Positions 39,847 to 53,457 of a stretch of DNA of 64,000 nt are shown here, piece by piece (position 1 is the stretch's first letter; each line of letters opens with the position of its first letter). The DNA is from Eledone cirrhosa (taxonomy: Eukaryota). Position numbers and translations under genes: made by a program. The stretch covers positions 303,738,001-303,802,000 of the forward strand of contig OZ024743.1 of the NCBI GenBank assembly GCA_964016885.1. Direction: 5' to 3'. The notes below the pieces were generated by a model. That model made no database searches. It was not told where the DNA came from and saw nothing but the letters and a program-made list of their open reading frames with translations.

Positions 39847-39889
39847 ACGGTGCTGACGAAAGCTAATAAGCTTGAAACTAGTACATCGT
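39847..39889 (+). ncRNA. Minimal type I hammerhead ribozyme, intact core
   Basis: acggtg-CTGACGA-aagctaataagctt-GAAA-CTAG-TA-catcgt. Confidence 0.85.
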
Positions 39890-40274
39890 TCCTTTGTCAG
39901 CGTTGAACAAAAGGGCAACGATGGTTGCTAAACTCTGTACGGCTTAATTCGGGATGTTTGTTTACAAACAAACCGAACATTATAATAAATGTTCGGTAAA
40001 TCCATACGTACACATATATATGTGTGCATGTATGTATATATATACATACTATTGTACGTCTGTATACATATATGCATGCACGTGTACATATTTATATTTA
40101 AGTAACAGCCGTACTAAGAGTGAGAAATGAAATTTCGTTTAATTTTTTCCATTTATCGTTTTCGTTGCGCATGGCCGATTAACTCACTCGATATGCAAAT
40201 TAGGCTACTCAGCCGTTAATATGCCTAAGGAAAGTATATACTTTCAGACGTTCAATCATCAGCCAGGAACATAT

Positions 40275-40317
40275 ACGGTGCTGACGATAGCTAATCAGCT
40301 TGAAACTAGTACATCGT
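40275..40317 (+). ncRNA. Minimal type I hammerhead ribozyme, intact core
   Basis: acggtg-CTGACGA-tagctaatcagctt-GAAA-CTAG-TA-catcgt. Confidence 0.85.
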
Positions 40318-40645
40318 TCCTTTGTCAGTGTTGAACAAAAGGGTAACGATGGTTGCTAAACACTGTACGGATTCATTCGGGATGTTTGTTTACAAACAAA
40401 CCGAACATTATAATAAATGTTCAGTAAATCCATACGTACATATATATATATATATATGTGCGCATGTATGTATATATATATACATACTACTGTACTCATA
40501 TATGTATGTACGTGTACATACTTATATTTAAGTAACAGCCGTACTAAGAGTGAGAAATGAAATTTCGTTTAATTTTTTCCATTTATATATATATATATAT
40601 AAGAAGAGAATTAGAGTTTAGCTTCAAGCATAGATGTATACAGAT

Positions 40646-40946
40646 ATGTACTGGAATTTCATATTTCTAAAGAAATACGGTATGATTATAAATATATATA
40701 TTGAAAGACGTTGCTATACTGAAACACCAGCGGCTATCGTCTGTTTTCAAGTCCATCAGTTGCAAAAGCGGGAGGAATCATCCTTATGAGTACCACTTCA
40801 TTTCGTAATGTATCGTTGATTGTCTCCCTTGCATCTGGTGGACATTGCCAGGTGGCGATACCCACCGGTGATTTCGTATAGCCACGGCTTTCTAAATATT
40901 TACTTATAAACATACCATATTTCTTTAGAAATACCAAATTCCAATA
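40646..40946 (+). repeat. Imperfect rod-like hairpin with a degenerate hammerhead at its apex
   Basis: tggaattt..tatttctaaagaaata.ggtatg pairs with cataccatatttctttagaaata..aaattcca; apex gggag..atc-CTTATGA..GTAA..TT-gattgtctccc. Confidence 0.6.
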
Positions 40947-40979
40947 CACACACACACGCACACACATTTATATGTATAT

Positions 40980-41076
<97 letters not shown>

Positions 41077-42829
41077 TATAACCAATCAAACCTCTTTAAT
41101 TCCATTCATATATATTTAAGCCCTGTTTGCCAATAATCGTCTACTCACTCTTAGTCAGTTATAATATTTAATATTTTGCTACTACATTACACTTTTGTCT
41201 TGTTTTCAGATTTATATCATTCATTTTCAAGTCAGAAAGCTTTGATTCAGGAGTGAAATTGTTGCTCCTGCTAGGAAGAAAACTAACAGCGTAGAAGCTT
41301 TCTTGTTGCGGATCCTTCATTTTAAGAGGGCTATGCCATTCGTATTCAAGCCAATAACATGCTTTCAATTGTCATTCTGAAACAATTTTGTTGTGATTGT
41401 TATCTGTGTTGTTTAGTGACACATCAATCATTTGCCACACGGATAAGAAAACGCCGAAGTTTTCCAGTCATTATGTTTCTAAGATTACATTACTTTGTAT
41501 TGTCTTATTAACATTTTTCTCACATGGGAAGGTCAGATTTCCGGAATATGTCACCAATATTTATTCGAAAGCGTGTAAATTCAATTCATAGTGTCTTGAT
41601 AGTATTATATTCCTAGACACTGGTCACAAATGTTAGATAATTTGTCAACAGTACGTAATATAATGCATAAAGCAACACTTACGTATTTACTAATAATATC
41701 CTGAATTAATACACATTTTCAATCACGCAATATCATCAAAACACGAGGTACTATAAGAAGAATGTATATATATATATATATATATTTCTTAATTCTATAT
41801 ATTAGCTAATGTGCAGCAGCTTTGTGGATGAAATTTCAGATTATAATAGCGACATATGATAGGTATTGAAGCAGAACCATAACTTTATTGAAATATGTGT
41901 CCATTGCTCTATTCAATTTCCCTACAGCGTTTTCAACCAGAACTCAATTTGAGAAATCTCTTTTACGAAAAATAAAAATATCCATACTGTAATTGGCCAT
42001 TTGATTCAATGTTGATAATATCCCTTATATGAATATATATTCAGCATTTGCTATATTGCAGTTCTTATGTGATATACGTTAATATTAAATGACGTTCGTT
42101 ACTGATAGATTTAAAATAAACAGTTTAGTATTCATACAATAGGATTTCTTCTTCGGAGCTAAATCAAATTGAATTCATTCTTATCTCTAATAAATAATTG
42201 AGTGTTTTGCCTCTAGAATAAATTTTGTTAAACCAAACATAAGTCTAAATTAAAGCGAAAATGTGTTCAAATTGCAGAGTTGTTATCAATGTTGCCAATT
42301 TATAAATAATATATAGAAATGGTGCATATTATATCAGGACTGACTGATATTGTTACGTATTTCAGTTATATTTAGTTTAAGGATAAGCAATAATGAGAAA
42401 CGACACATGAATTGGAGTCTGTCTCGTGTGAGAAATGATCCGCTATCTTTATGCATGCTCATCTCATATTTTGTCAATTGTTTCTTATAACGTGTAGAAA
42501 TACGTGTACTCCGTGTCTTCATTTAAGTATTCGATCCTATCCTTAACTATGATCATAAGTATTAGGTAACAACTGAAATAATACGATAATGAATGCAAGA
42601 GGCATAAACGTAGTTCCTTCGAAGGGTACCAGAGTAAGTTTACTCCATACTTCTTGTAGCTTGGAGATCATGAGTCAATTTAGGTTTATTTAATTCAGCT
42701 TTTTTCAGTAACATTAGAAGATAATTTTGCCGATTACATTAAAGAAGAGAATTAGAATCTGGGGCAAATATTGATTCGGTCAGACTATAATTGCTCGGCG
42801 AAACATATGCAATAAAATCTTACTCATAG

Positions 42830-42975
42830 GCTCACCCACAAACTCACTTGGCCACACTCGTGCATACACAAGAAAATAAACACATGGGGAAATATACCCA
42901 ATGGCGTAGGTGCCTTCATAATCGTAGCAATTATGTGTGTTGTGTGGACTACATTCAACTTTTATTTGGACATGG
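42830..42975 (+). other. Possible spliced exon of unknown gene
   Basis: cttactcatag acceptor; open frame ...GNIPNGVGAFIIVAIMCVVWTTFNFYLDM (TM-like); consensus donor G|GTAAGT. Confidence 0.25.
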
Positions 42976-45900
42976 GTAAGTGCATGATAACTTGAATATC
43001 CACAAAAGAAGAGAAAGTGTGCTTTCAACGGGTTTCCGCAGTTTATCTTTACCCAATTTGATTGCAAAAAGTGGCTTCATCTTCAGTTTATGAGAAAACA
43101 GACCAGTGTGTTGGAAACCACGTGATTGGAACGGGAAATTTGGAACTAAAGTGTTATGCCTGCACTAAATGTTTTAATATCAAATGATTCAGTGCTCAAA
43201 TGATATCAGTGTCAGTGCACGCTGAATTATATAACTCAATAATATGAATTACGATCAATATTTTGTCTACGTAGCTAAAGATAAACGCTATGAAATCATA
43301 AAACTGTACATAGTGGGTGTACCGAGAAATAAAATTAATTTTTATACAGCACACTGCGCAATGAACTGAACCAACATCATTTCATCAATGGAAAGTATAG
43401 GTTAGTTCTTAACGCGAGGAAACACAAAGATCAAGATAGAAGCATAATAACTTTAGCGAATCTATCATTCATAAGTTTGGTTTAGTTATAATGTAATAAC
43501 CTTCACTCGTTGGCTATCTTTAGAAATTATTCAGCCAAAATCTTGAAATCTATATGCACGCTTCTATAGTACTGCTTTAGTATTCGCTCCCAGAAAACTC
43601 GAAGTGCATTGTGGAAAGTTGACGACGTTGTGTAACGAATCGGTTACAAGTTGTTAATGCTACGCAATTACCGGATCCTACAGGATCAGAGAGTATGTAT
43701 GTAACTGAGATTCTAAACTGCAGTACTCAGAATTCATATACTGCCTTGAGAAATGTATTTTCAATAGAATATTCAACAACCTAGTCTACACAATTGTCTC
43801 AAGTTGGCAACGAACTATCGTCATGTATGGAAATATTCTTTTAAAAACATCACATCGTATATATGATGAAAAGAATTATGAAATTAATATCACTGAAACT
43901 GTAATACCATAACTTCATTAATTGTAGCATTGACTCGGGTGTTTCATTTTTCACAAAGTAAAACAAAGAAATTCAAATGATCCTGTTTTGATAAATTCAT
44001 AGCATGATATAAATCTTCGTATCCGAAAATAAGTAAGTTTGAATGGATGCGTTCCTTAGAAGTACTCGTAATACTTGTATCATAATATAGAAGACTGTTT
44101 CCTCACAAAAGTCTTACAGAAACAAATTAAAATGTATTATTTGAACTAATATATTATTAGAATTTCCCGTGCCCTGATAGAAGTAGAGACATCGGACACA
44201 TATTTCTCCATATTCTCAGTAATATCTTTCGATGAAAATGAATAATTTACGCAGTAATGAATAAATAAGAACGAATGTGGCAAATTGTCAAATAGAATCC
44301 CTTGGAAATATCCCCATCTAGACGAGAATATGTGGACAAAATCAACAAGTCCACTAAAAATTGTGTTAAGATGTATTTAGGAATGCGAGGACAGTTGAAT
44401 AGAAACTTACATTATTTCACATTATTCACACATATATGTGTTTTCTTCTTACTCCTACATGTACACATCATATCTCATTACCATATTCACTGTGTCAACC
44501 GACATTTATTTTCCTTGACATCTTGAATGTGCTGAAAAGTTATAATTTCACAAAATTATTAAGCCTAAATTATATATTTCCTTGTGTAGCACGACGATAT
44601 TTGGATTTAATAATCTCATACTATAACATATCAGTGCAATTAATTAGACAAATATGGTGTGTACATTGAAAGTACTATTACCAAATACATGGGGATCCTA
44701 TACTGCTTTCTAAACTGACGGGAATTATACAGGGACCATTTTCCAAAATTAAAGTATTCAAAGTTAGTTTTTTTCTTTGCTTTTAGTCAATATATTTACG
44801 GTTAAAGTCCAGATAAACGTGTATTGTAAGTTTTTTTCTGTATCCATCCTCATTGAAATCCACACATAATAGAAATGATCTTCCCTGAACTATCGTATAG
44901 TATTCGTTGTACCTAATATATACAAAGTCGACTTCAATATATTCACTAAACAAGGGTGTAACTTCGTACGAATAACATGACTAGCTTTCAAATTCAGTGT
45001 TTTTATTTCAGAGGAAAAACAATTAGATTAAGCTTATATATTTGAAGTTTTCGTTCTGTATCTCTTTTCACTCGATATACAAATAATTGCTATGGAAATA
45101 TACCAGCTATATATGAAATATCAATATAATTGTTGCTTCAATTGTTATCAAATTTCTATGGACTCCGCAGACTCACTCTGGTTGTCATATTAAAAGCTAA
45201 TATTTCTATCCCAATACAAATTTTTTTTTAAATATTAATGTGTATATTTATTTTTTGAATTCGCCAATCACACATAGGAACATTATATTTTTCATCTGAA
45301 TAAACGTTTTTGTTAATATTTATAAATTTTATCTGAATAAAGTTTGTGAGTTTTATCTGCAAATATAAATATATGATCAACCAACCTATTTAATGGTAAA
45401 CTATACCGATTATATAAATTTAATTTTGGATGACTTTGATATTTAATATATGCTCCAAAATTGCATTCAAATAACAATGATAAAGATGGAACGTATTTAC
45501 GATTTAATTTTGTAATAAAGCATACTTTTGTTAATACCGACTTCAAACGAAAGCTATGACTTACTCCATGAATTCTCGGTAAGCACATAGACGAGTTACC
45601 CCTTTTACCCTTTATTTCTAATATATGATATTACATGATGCAAAACCTTCTCTGATTCCAAACTTGTTACTTCGGTCAGAAACTCGAGCACTTCCACACA
45701 TACCACCGGCTTCGCAACCTCTTTAAAATCTAGAAGCATTCATCTCTTGTAAGGAAGCAACCCAGTGATGTAGAATGATTGATGCAGTATTTTCTTTGGC
45801 AGCTCTATGATGCAATGCTTTCGCCATAGTTTGGGTGGTATGCCTAACCAGGGCGCTTGAATTTGCTCCACTTCCTTTCTTTTCCATTATTTATTTACAC

Positions 45901-47199
45901 ACATTTTACTACATTCTTTCTCCGCTGGATTATTATTCTAACCCTTTAAAGAATAATGAATTTATTTAGTTTGATATGAGCCATGACTTCATAGTTTAAC
46001 AATATTCCAAATTCAGTTATTTGTGTATGCAAACTAAACTGTGTCATTATTATATTGTAGCTGTTAAGCATCTAGATTTCTATAAGCATATGCTATTTTG
46101 CAACATGCCAGCAACAGATAGAATAAAAGCGTTTCAAAATGTGTATCCATTAAGATTGCAATTATTAACAAATATTCTTGTCAAAAGGGAATTGTCCGAA
46201 TGACCTCGGGAACATATGCTGAAGGTTTGAACAGTGAACTAACTGCCTTATTTTATTGACTACTGATTATTAAAATTTATTCACATTAACATCTGATTCT
46301 AAATATTTAACTAGAAGGCAGGTAATGTCATCGATTCACACTTATTTATATCTCTTCAACAAATATAACCCTTCTTACATTATCCAACCACGGTTGGTGG
46401 ATACGGAGAGAGTAGGACGGCATTCAAAATGTACAGCATATTAGAAATTCTTTTAAGTTAAGCGATCTAATCTAGACAAATTTGGTTTCTCTCACATCAT
46501 TCATCAATCTTACCAATGTGTACCATTCTAGAGTTGTCGTCTATTATATAAACTTAAACCCATACAAAAGTTGCCGTGGAATTATGTGAGTGTTTGAAAA
46601 TCAATATTTCAGTATACGATCGAGTCTAAACAAGAAATGTTTGATTTATTCGATATATTGATTTTGTTTCCAAAACGAAATAAAACAAAACATATTTTCA
46701 CACAAATTTGAAATAGTGAAAAGAAATGGGATTAAAACTTATTGCACTCACAATCAAAACTCATACGATTACAACGAAAGTTGTTAGATAATATAGAAAC
46801 ATGATTCCCTTGAGCAAATGTGACATATACATTGTCCCAGCTGTAATATTACCACATCCATCATTTTATTTTAAAAAAAGACGCTAGAATATATTAGAAG
46901 ACATTAAAAGTTTGAACGCAGGAGTACATATGTATGTATGTTATTTCAATCCGATGATATGAAGTGAAACGTTGTCCTTAACCTTTTGAATTCAGAGTGG
47001 AGACGGTCCGAAATTCAACGATTCATTTACTAATGACGCAGCAAATTGAGTGTTATGTTCATTGAAATCGATGCTCTAACCGAAATGATAAGGTCATTTA
47101 ATTCGCTTCAACCAATATAGAAATCGTTCTTCAATACCCCCCACCCCCCGAAAAGTACTTTAAATATTGCGGTGAAATTAGAGGATACTAGTTCGTCTC

Positions 47200-48360
47200 T
47201 CAAAAGAGAATATCTGAGAGTCAGATCAAACAGGTTTGGTCTTCATCATTGATGCTTTGAATGTGTTAGAGATAGGCTTCCTCACTGCTCTGTCACTCAT
47301 TATTTATAAGATACACAGCATTAGCCCCGCAGCTGGCCATATCATCACATCCAATGTAGGTGTCCAGTAACGTGTCCACTGGATCTACTCTAGTGTGCCT
47401 TGGCTGACGATTATATTGCCAACTTATTTGTTAGGCCTTATATTTCTTTTGTATGTGATATACAACGCACTGGGTGATTTTGCTGGAATTTATAACACGC
47501 CATCCCCCGACACTACTGATGCTCAGAATCGAGAATAATTCGCTTGTGCCAGACGTAAGAGACGTGAGATACTAATAAACTCCAGATGATTATGTTGTGC
47601 AAAGCGTTCGGTCCGTTCTGAATGAGGCACTTTTCATTTAAATTGATAATGCCTGCATTTTTGTATTTGAAGCCTCTCCAAAACTATGTGAGAGTGCGTA
47701 GAGAGTAAACAAGCTGACCTGGCAAAAATGATTGTGCTTTGGAATGTTCTTTAACATCCTTGATACGGGTGGAGCTCAATGAAATTAGCTCCATAATCCA
47801 TCAAACATCGAAGCAATCAGAGCGTTACGTTAGGCTCCACCATCGTTCAAATGTGGACCTAATACAGCCGGTGAAAATTTATCCATTGATTTTCAGCCGC
47901 ATCCTCATCAATGACGTTCTACAGAAAATGTAAGAACAAATACGGACTGGGAATTCTTGTTTACTCTTGGCATTTGCAATGCCGATAACCTTTTTCTCTC
48001 CCAGTAAGCAGAATACCGGAGCATCTAGAATGACACCAACTACACTCAGCTATCAGGGGAAGCAAATCTTCCTTGGGACAAAACCGTTTCACCTGCCATT
48101 ACTTCGACCCACTATCTAACGGTGGCACTTGGCTCATTTGAAGTCCTCTTAATCACATTGCACCGGGACGCATTGGAAGAGAAATTAAACATATTTCGCG
48201 ATTCGAACGACCATTTCCAATGTGAATCGTTTGCCATCGAGGCATCCGATGTCCTCCGCCAGTGCAGGACCATTTTTCACTGCAAATTCTGGAGGAAGGA
48301 ATCCCACACGACAAAGATGCACGTTAATGTTGCTGGATGTTTCTGCCGTTGAGCTTTCGC
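47200..48360 (-). mobile_element. Degraded RTE-like LINE fragment
   Basis: Scattered minus-strand motifs such as EFAVKNG, GIPSPYLF and YGQL; higher GC than flanks; boundaries approximate. Confidence 0.45.
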
Positions 48361-49859
48361 CATTATCTCCGTGGGAGGCAGCTAAAAGTAACCGCCCAGG
48401 ATTTGATATCGAGTTTCCTCTATTTATTGAAGCTCTCCGTGTTCAATATTTAATTCCCCTAATTTTTAATATTTCCCCGTCTCCAATTTATCATGTTTTA
48501 ATGAATTAATCATTATAGGAATTAAACTATGATGTGTCTTCCGCATTTGGATTTTTATCGCCTAAATATTATCACAAAGAACACTTTGAAAATGATTTAC
48601 CGACACACACCCACTTTCAAATTCCGATATTGTATACATTCAATGAGATGTAACTAATATCAATAATTTACTCATTAAACTCTGACCACCCCCACATAAA
48701 AGGAAATAAACATTAATTCACATCATTTAAATAATAGTGGGCGTACATCATCATCATCTTCATCATCATTATCATCATCATCATCGTCATCATATTCTTC
48801 TTCTTTTTCTTCTTCTTCTTCTTCTACTTGAACACGCGCCCCAAATACTTGAAATCCTCCACCTACTTCGGAGGAACTCCATTGAGATATAGAGGGCACT
48901 GTTCAGGGCTCCTTGAGAGGGCGAATGGCTCAGTGTTTGCAGTACTAATAATTATTCCAGCTATGCAGCATTCGGCATCAAACGTAATGACTGCATGTCG
49001 GAAATCACTTTCTGTTGGGTTACATAATATAATGCCATCTAAAAATTACAGCCGACTAATTTTACAGCTCCCAGTCCTGATACTACTTCAAACACGGCTG
49101 CGCATGTCAATCTTGTTTATCTTGTTTGTGTAAAATAATATCTAGAATAATATTTAGCATTTATTACATTTCGATTTGGACAACTAACATCGAATTAAAT
49201 ATGATGCCCTGCAGTTAAGTACCATTATGATGCATGTAGTTATGTATGTGTATATATATGTATATTTAATGCAAGTACGTAGGTACGTCTGTATGTATGT
49301 ATATGTATATATGTTTTTTTTATATATGTATGTACATGCACCGCCTTCGCTAGTCAGAACATCTGATATGGCTGGACCGTAGCCGTAACCCCAAGGAGAT
49401 GTTTTACGGACAGTTGGAAAAAGGACTCAACAAAACCCATAGAAGTGTTTCAAGGACTATTTCAGAGACTGGTTGTTGCAACTTAACCTCAACCTTCATG
49501 AATGGGAAATGAAGGATGGCAACCGGAACAAGTGGGAAGGAAAAATATATGAAGTATGACATTACAATCACTCCATGCAAAGTAAATAAACTGGACAAAG
49601 ACCAGAACAGCTGCCTGCAAATGAGAGATAGTAAACCAAGCGGTACCTCAGTTTGTTTGTCATGGGTATGTCCGAACATGCCTTTCAAAGGCAGGATTCC
49701 AAACCATATCACCAATCTGGCGCAGTTCATTCACATGAGCTTTGAGTATTGTTGTGCTGATAAACGGGGGGCTTGGTAAGTCATGGATGAGAACATCCTT
49801 GTTCAACATCACACGCACCTAGTGGAGTGTCAATCCCACTTACATGAGGGTTGCCTCAA

Positions 49860-51330
49860 AGTCCGCTCTATCATAATATACATTCATAATTCCGACTTGA
49901 TTCAGGTTATTGAGTAAAGATAATTTCAGATATCTAGAAGAATACTACATCAAATATATCCCATCTAAGAACGGATCGAAACTCACCCAGTTCGATATAA
50001 CTGACTTTTACTGCTCTATTAGTATATACTTACTAGACAAATACTTCGATTTTGCTCGTAATGTTAGATATATCAGTAAACAAAAGCTTGACCGATTTAC
50101 CACACACGAACCACATTTCTATTCCAAAACGGCATGACTTGGGTTAAATAATCTGGCACACGATTCATTCGACATTTCAATAGGATCAGACGACAGTGCA
50201 GATTACACATGTAGTCGTGTTGGATTACACATGTTCCATACATTTAAACGTAAATTCCCTAACTTCACAATCGGTTTATACCAAAAAGAGTGTCTGTCTG
50301 TTTATCCTTACACGACCGCAGCACGCACGATATGGTCAGATTCCGTAAATACCTGATAGGAACCTTTAGTGCCTTAGGACTCAAAATCGCAGCCAACACG
50401 AGCATCATTAACACAGACTTTCAGGACGTTAATCTGGAACTAACAACAGACACACATAAACCCTATCATAAACCGAATGAGAGGTTAATATATATCAAGG
50501 GAGGACCCTGCAATCCACATACGGCTTTTAGAAATCTAGTACCAAACATTAGCTGCAAAATAATACACATTATAATCCAGTAGAGAAATATTTCAAAAGG
50601 CAGCGCTGCACTATAGCAAGGCCCTCCGAATTAGTGGACTCAACTACTAATCAAATATATATCTAATTGACACCCGCCTAGAAATAAAAAAAACAACAGC
50701 AGAAAAATTACTTGTTTCGTGCCTCGTTTCTCGCAAAATATAAAGACTTATCTAGTTAAGAAACTCTTAGACCTTAGTGATAAGCACTTTACCCCACATC
50801 ATAAATAAAATAAAATCGTCAATTTCCATGCCATCAATGAGATAAAAAATGATGGCAAAAACAAATAGATGATGATCTGCGATGCTTTACAGAATGAAAG
50901 AACACTGTCCATTACAACTAAACTGTATCGTAAGCCCACGAGGTTAAGATAAAACACACAAGCGCAAACAACTGTGAAAATTATGAAGGTAAGATCCAGG
51001 ACCGATTTGAGGAAAGTTTCTAATTGCACGTCTACTCATTTAGGCATCCCAACATGAATACCACCACACCGCTAGTGAAATGACAATTTTAAGAAAGGTG
51101 ATTATCGCATGGAATGTCCAGGCCATAACAAAAATAAAAAACAAAAAATGAGGAAAGGAGGTATGCCGCTCGGCATTAACGAGAAATATAGGAATTTGAA
51201 ATATTTAAACTCACGGGAAAAGACCCTATCTTACAAGAATGAGGTCTTTAGACATTGTTTGCATCGTAGGGTTCACATTTTATCTAAGTGGAAGCGCTTC
51301 TCCAGATCTGCTAATTCCTCCATGACACTA
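49860..51330 (+). pseudogene. Degenerate Penelope-like element (PLE-4): RT with partly deleted EN
   Basis: LTQFDITDFYCSIS; FDISIGSDDSA; TDFQDVNLEL..HKPYHKPNERLIYI; RKITCFVPRFSQNIKT; KNEVFRHCLHRR. Confidence 0.8.
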
Positions 51331-51918
51331 TCCTCTTGTTACCTTTCAACGAACACATTACACCCTCACTAAATAATAGCCCGTTGAAAGTATAACCGAA
51401 CGATAAACAATCAACATTATACATATTCAGAGTTTAACTATAAAGGAATTATGACATGATGTATGAATGTTTTAAATATTTTTAATATTTCATCTTAATT
51501 AGTTTAGGTACTTGCAATATTTAAAATCCTAAATTCGCCTCTCTTTATTAACCCCCTCTCCCTCATTGGTAGGAACCTCATTCAAGGGAGTTAAAGTTTT
51601 TAGATAATTAGCACGCAACTCATACTAGATGCATTCTACACAAAGATAGCTTATGATTGAGAGGTCAAGCACCCCAAGATAGCCTACGTTGTTTCCAATT
51701 AAACATCCCCTCTGTTTAGAATAAAATATATTCGGTTAAAGGATTTTCCGTTTTCGTATTATTGTCCGAGTGTCTGATGAGGGGCCGGTTTGTTAGAACA
51801 TCCTCGCACATACATGTTGGTTGTATGAATCTTTATATATACTAAACATAATACTGTCTTGCAAAAGATTGCAGATTGATTTCCTACATATGCCTACACC
51901 AACACACGCACGCACACA

Positions 51919-51962
<44 letters not shown>

Positions 51963-53234
51963 CACACACACAAACATACACACACACAAACGCACACACA
52001 CACATATATATATATATATACACGTGAAGTGGTTAGATATTAGGATTGGCTTTTTGCTTTATTTATAATGTTTCCATTGTTTACGCCTTTATCTTTCGCT
52101 TATTGACTGGTTGTTTGTGTGAATTACATACTGTTATTTATATACGTATAATTTGGACATATGCATGTTCATGTTGCTGTTTCATTGGCAGTAGAAGTAG
52201 AAGGAGAGTTAGTGTTGCCTATATATTTGAGTGCTAGATTGTATATATAGCTAATTACTTGTATGAGTGAGTTTGTGTATGGTAAGCTGTGGTTATGTTA
52301 GAATCGGGCAATGAAATAATTCAATGTAATTATGTATTTAGTTAACCATAAAATCCCCAATAAAAAATCCTTTATATCGGAATAAATGCATGTCGTTATT
52401 AATACCTTTATACTGACTTCCGGTGAAAACGAAGGTATGGTAGTTGGTTTCCCGTGAACAATAAACAATAAGTGAAGTAACATACGGAAGACGATAGCAG
52501 TCGAAGAAGCAAGGGATTTTGAACATATTTGGAGATGTCTAACTCTACAGGAGTAAATTTTGCGTATCAAAAGTGTGGGCTGGCATGTTTCGTGTATATG
52601 TAACTGCAAGAGTTTAGCTGTCAGGGCGTTGAGTGTGTTTATTCATGTGAGTTGCTGGTGGGGTGGTTGAAGTTGTAGTGAAATGCTATTTTATGGAAGG
52701 TTACGAAAGTATTTCTTGTCAAAATTCGTGTTGACTGCAAACACATACATGATAAAAAAATCAAGATTTGCAGAGACAGTAAGGCATAAACATATTCACA
52801 CATCCACATAAATATCTTTAATAATCAGATACAAAGTTGTGATAGGGAAGTGGTAATTTGATATCAACCTCTCTACTATCTCTTCCCCACAATTTTTATG
52901 TTCAGTGGGCATTTCTAAACATTATATATTTTTTATTGTTACAATTATTTCATAAAAGATCAAAATAAATTTAAAAAATCATAAATAAATCTATTTCAAA
53001 TAACAACACATCAGATGTTTTAAAACGGAAACTGAAGGGAAGAGCAAAGGCTCTGGTGTCACAGACGAATGGTGGGAGGAAGGGGTGTGATGGGGCCCAA
53101 GCCTAGGCCACGGCGTTGTTAGGGCTGCGCCCTGCGGACAGCACCGCAAAAGCCTTAATCAACTTTCGATAGATAACTATCTGTGAATATCTCAATATTC
53201 GGACAATAAATACAGCATTTATCTATCTATCTAT

Positions 53235-53456
53235 GAAGAGGAAGAGAAGAAGGGAGTACTCACTGTTGGTGCTCCTGGAGATGAGGGTTGTACATTTATT
53301 CGGGGTGTGTACAACCCCTGTGTAACGTCTCCCCCCTAGTGGGGATTTCAATTGTTATTTGTTATTTTATTAATAGTTTTATTTTCATATATGTAAACTC
53401 CCCATTTGTATGTGTCCCCTTCTTTTGTGCCCTTGTGGCTAATAATGAAATGTATC
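53235..53456 (+). mobile_element. Short L1/Tx1-like LINE 3' UTR fragment in (TCTA)n
   Basis: Homologous to 54375-54590; ends cccttgtggctaataatgaaat+tatctat. Confidence 0.7.
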
Positions 53457-53457
53457 T

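Larger units (their letters stand above)
38765..40585. mobile_element. ~430 bp HHR tandem family, array 2: ~2.4 minus-strand plus ~1.8 plus-strand units, head-to-head
   Basis: HHRs at 38972 and 39407 (minus, period 435) and at 39847 and 40275 (plus, period 428); orientation switches near 39799. Confidence 0.9.

Noticed and set aside
41168-41390. 66 aa minus-strand ORF after a ttgtttcag acceptor
   Set aside because: In-frame TGA directly after the acceptor; no recognisable homology
51765-51822. CTGATGA downstream of PLE-4 where a pLTR HHR is expected
   Set aside because: GAAA box absent (gcac) and stem I unclear; at best a relic
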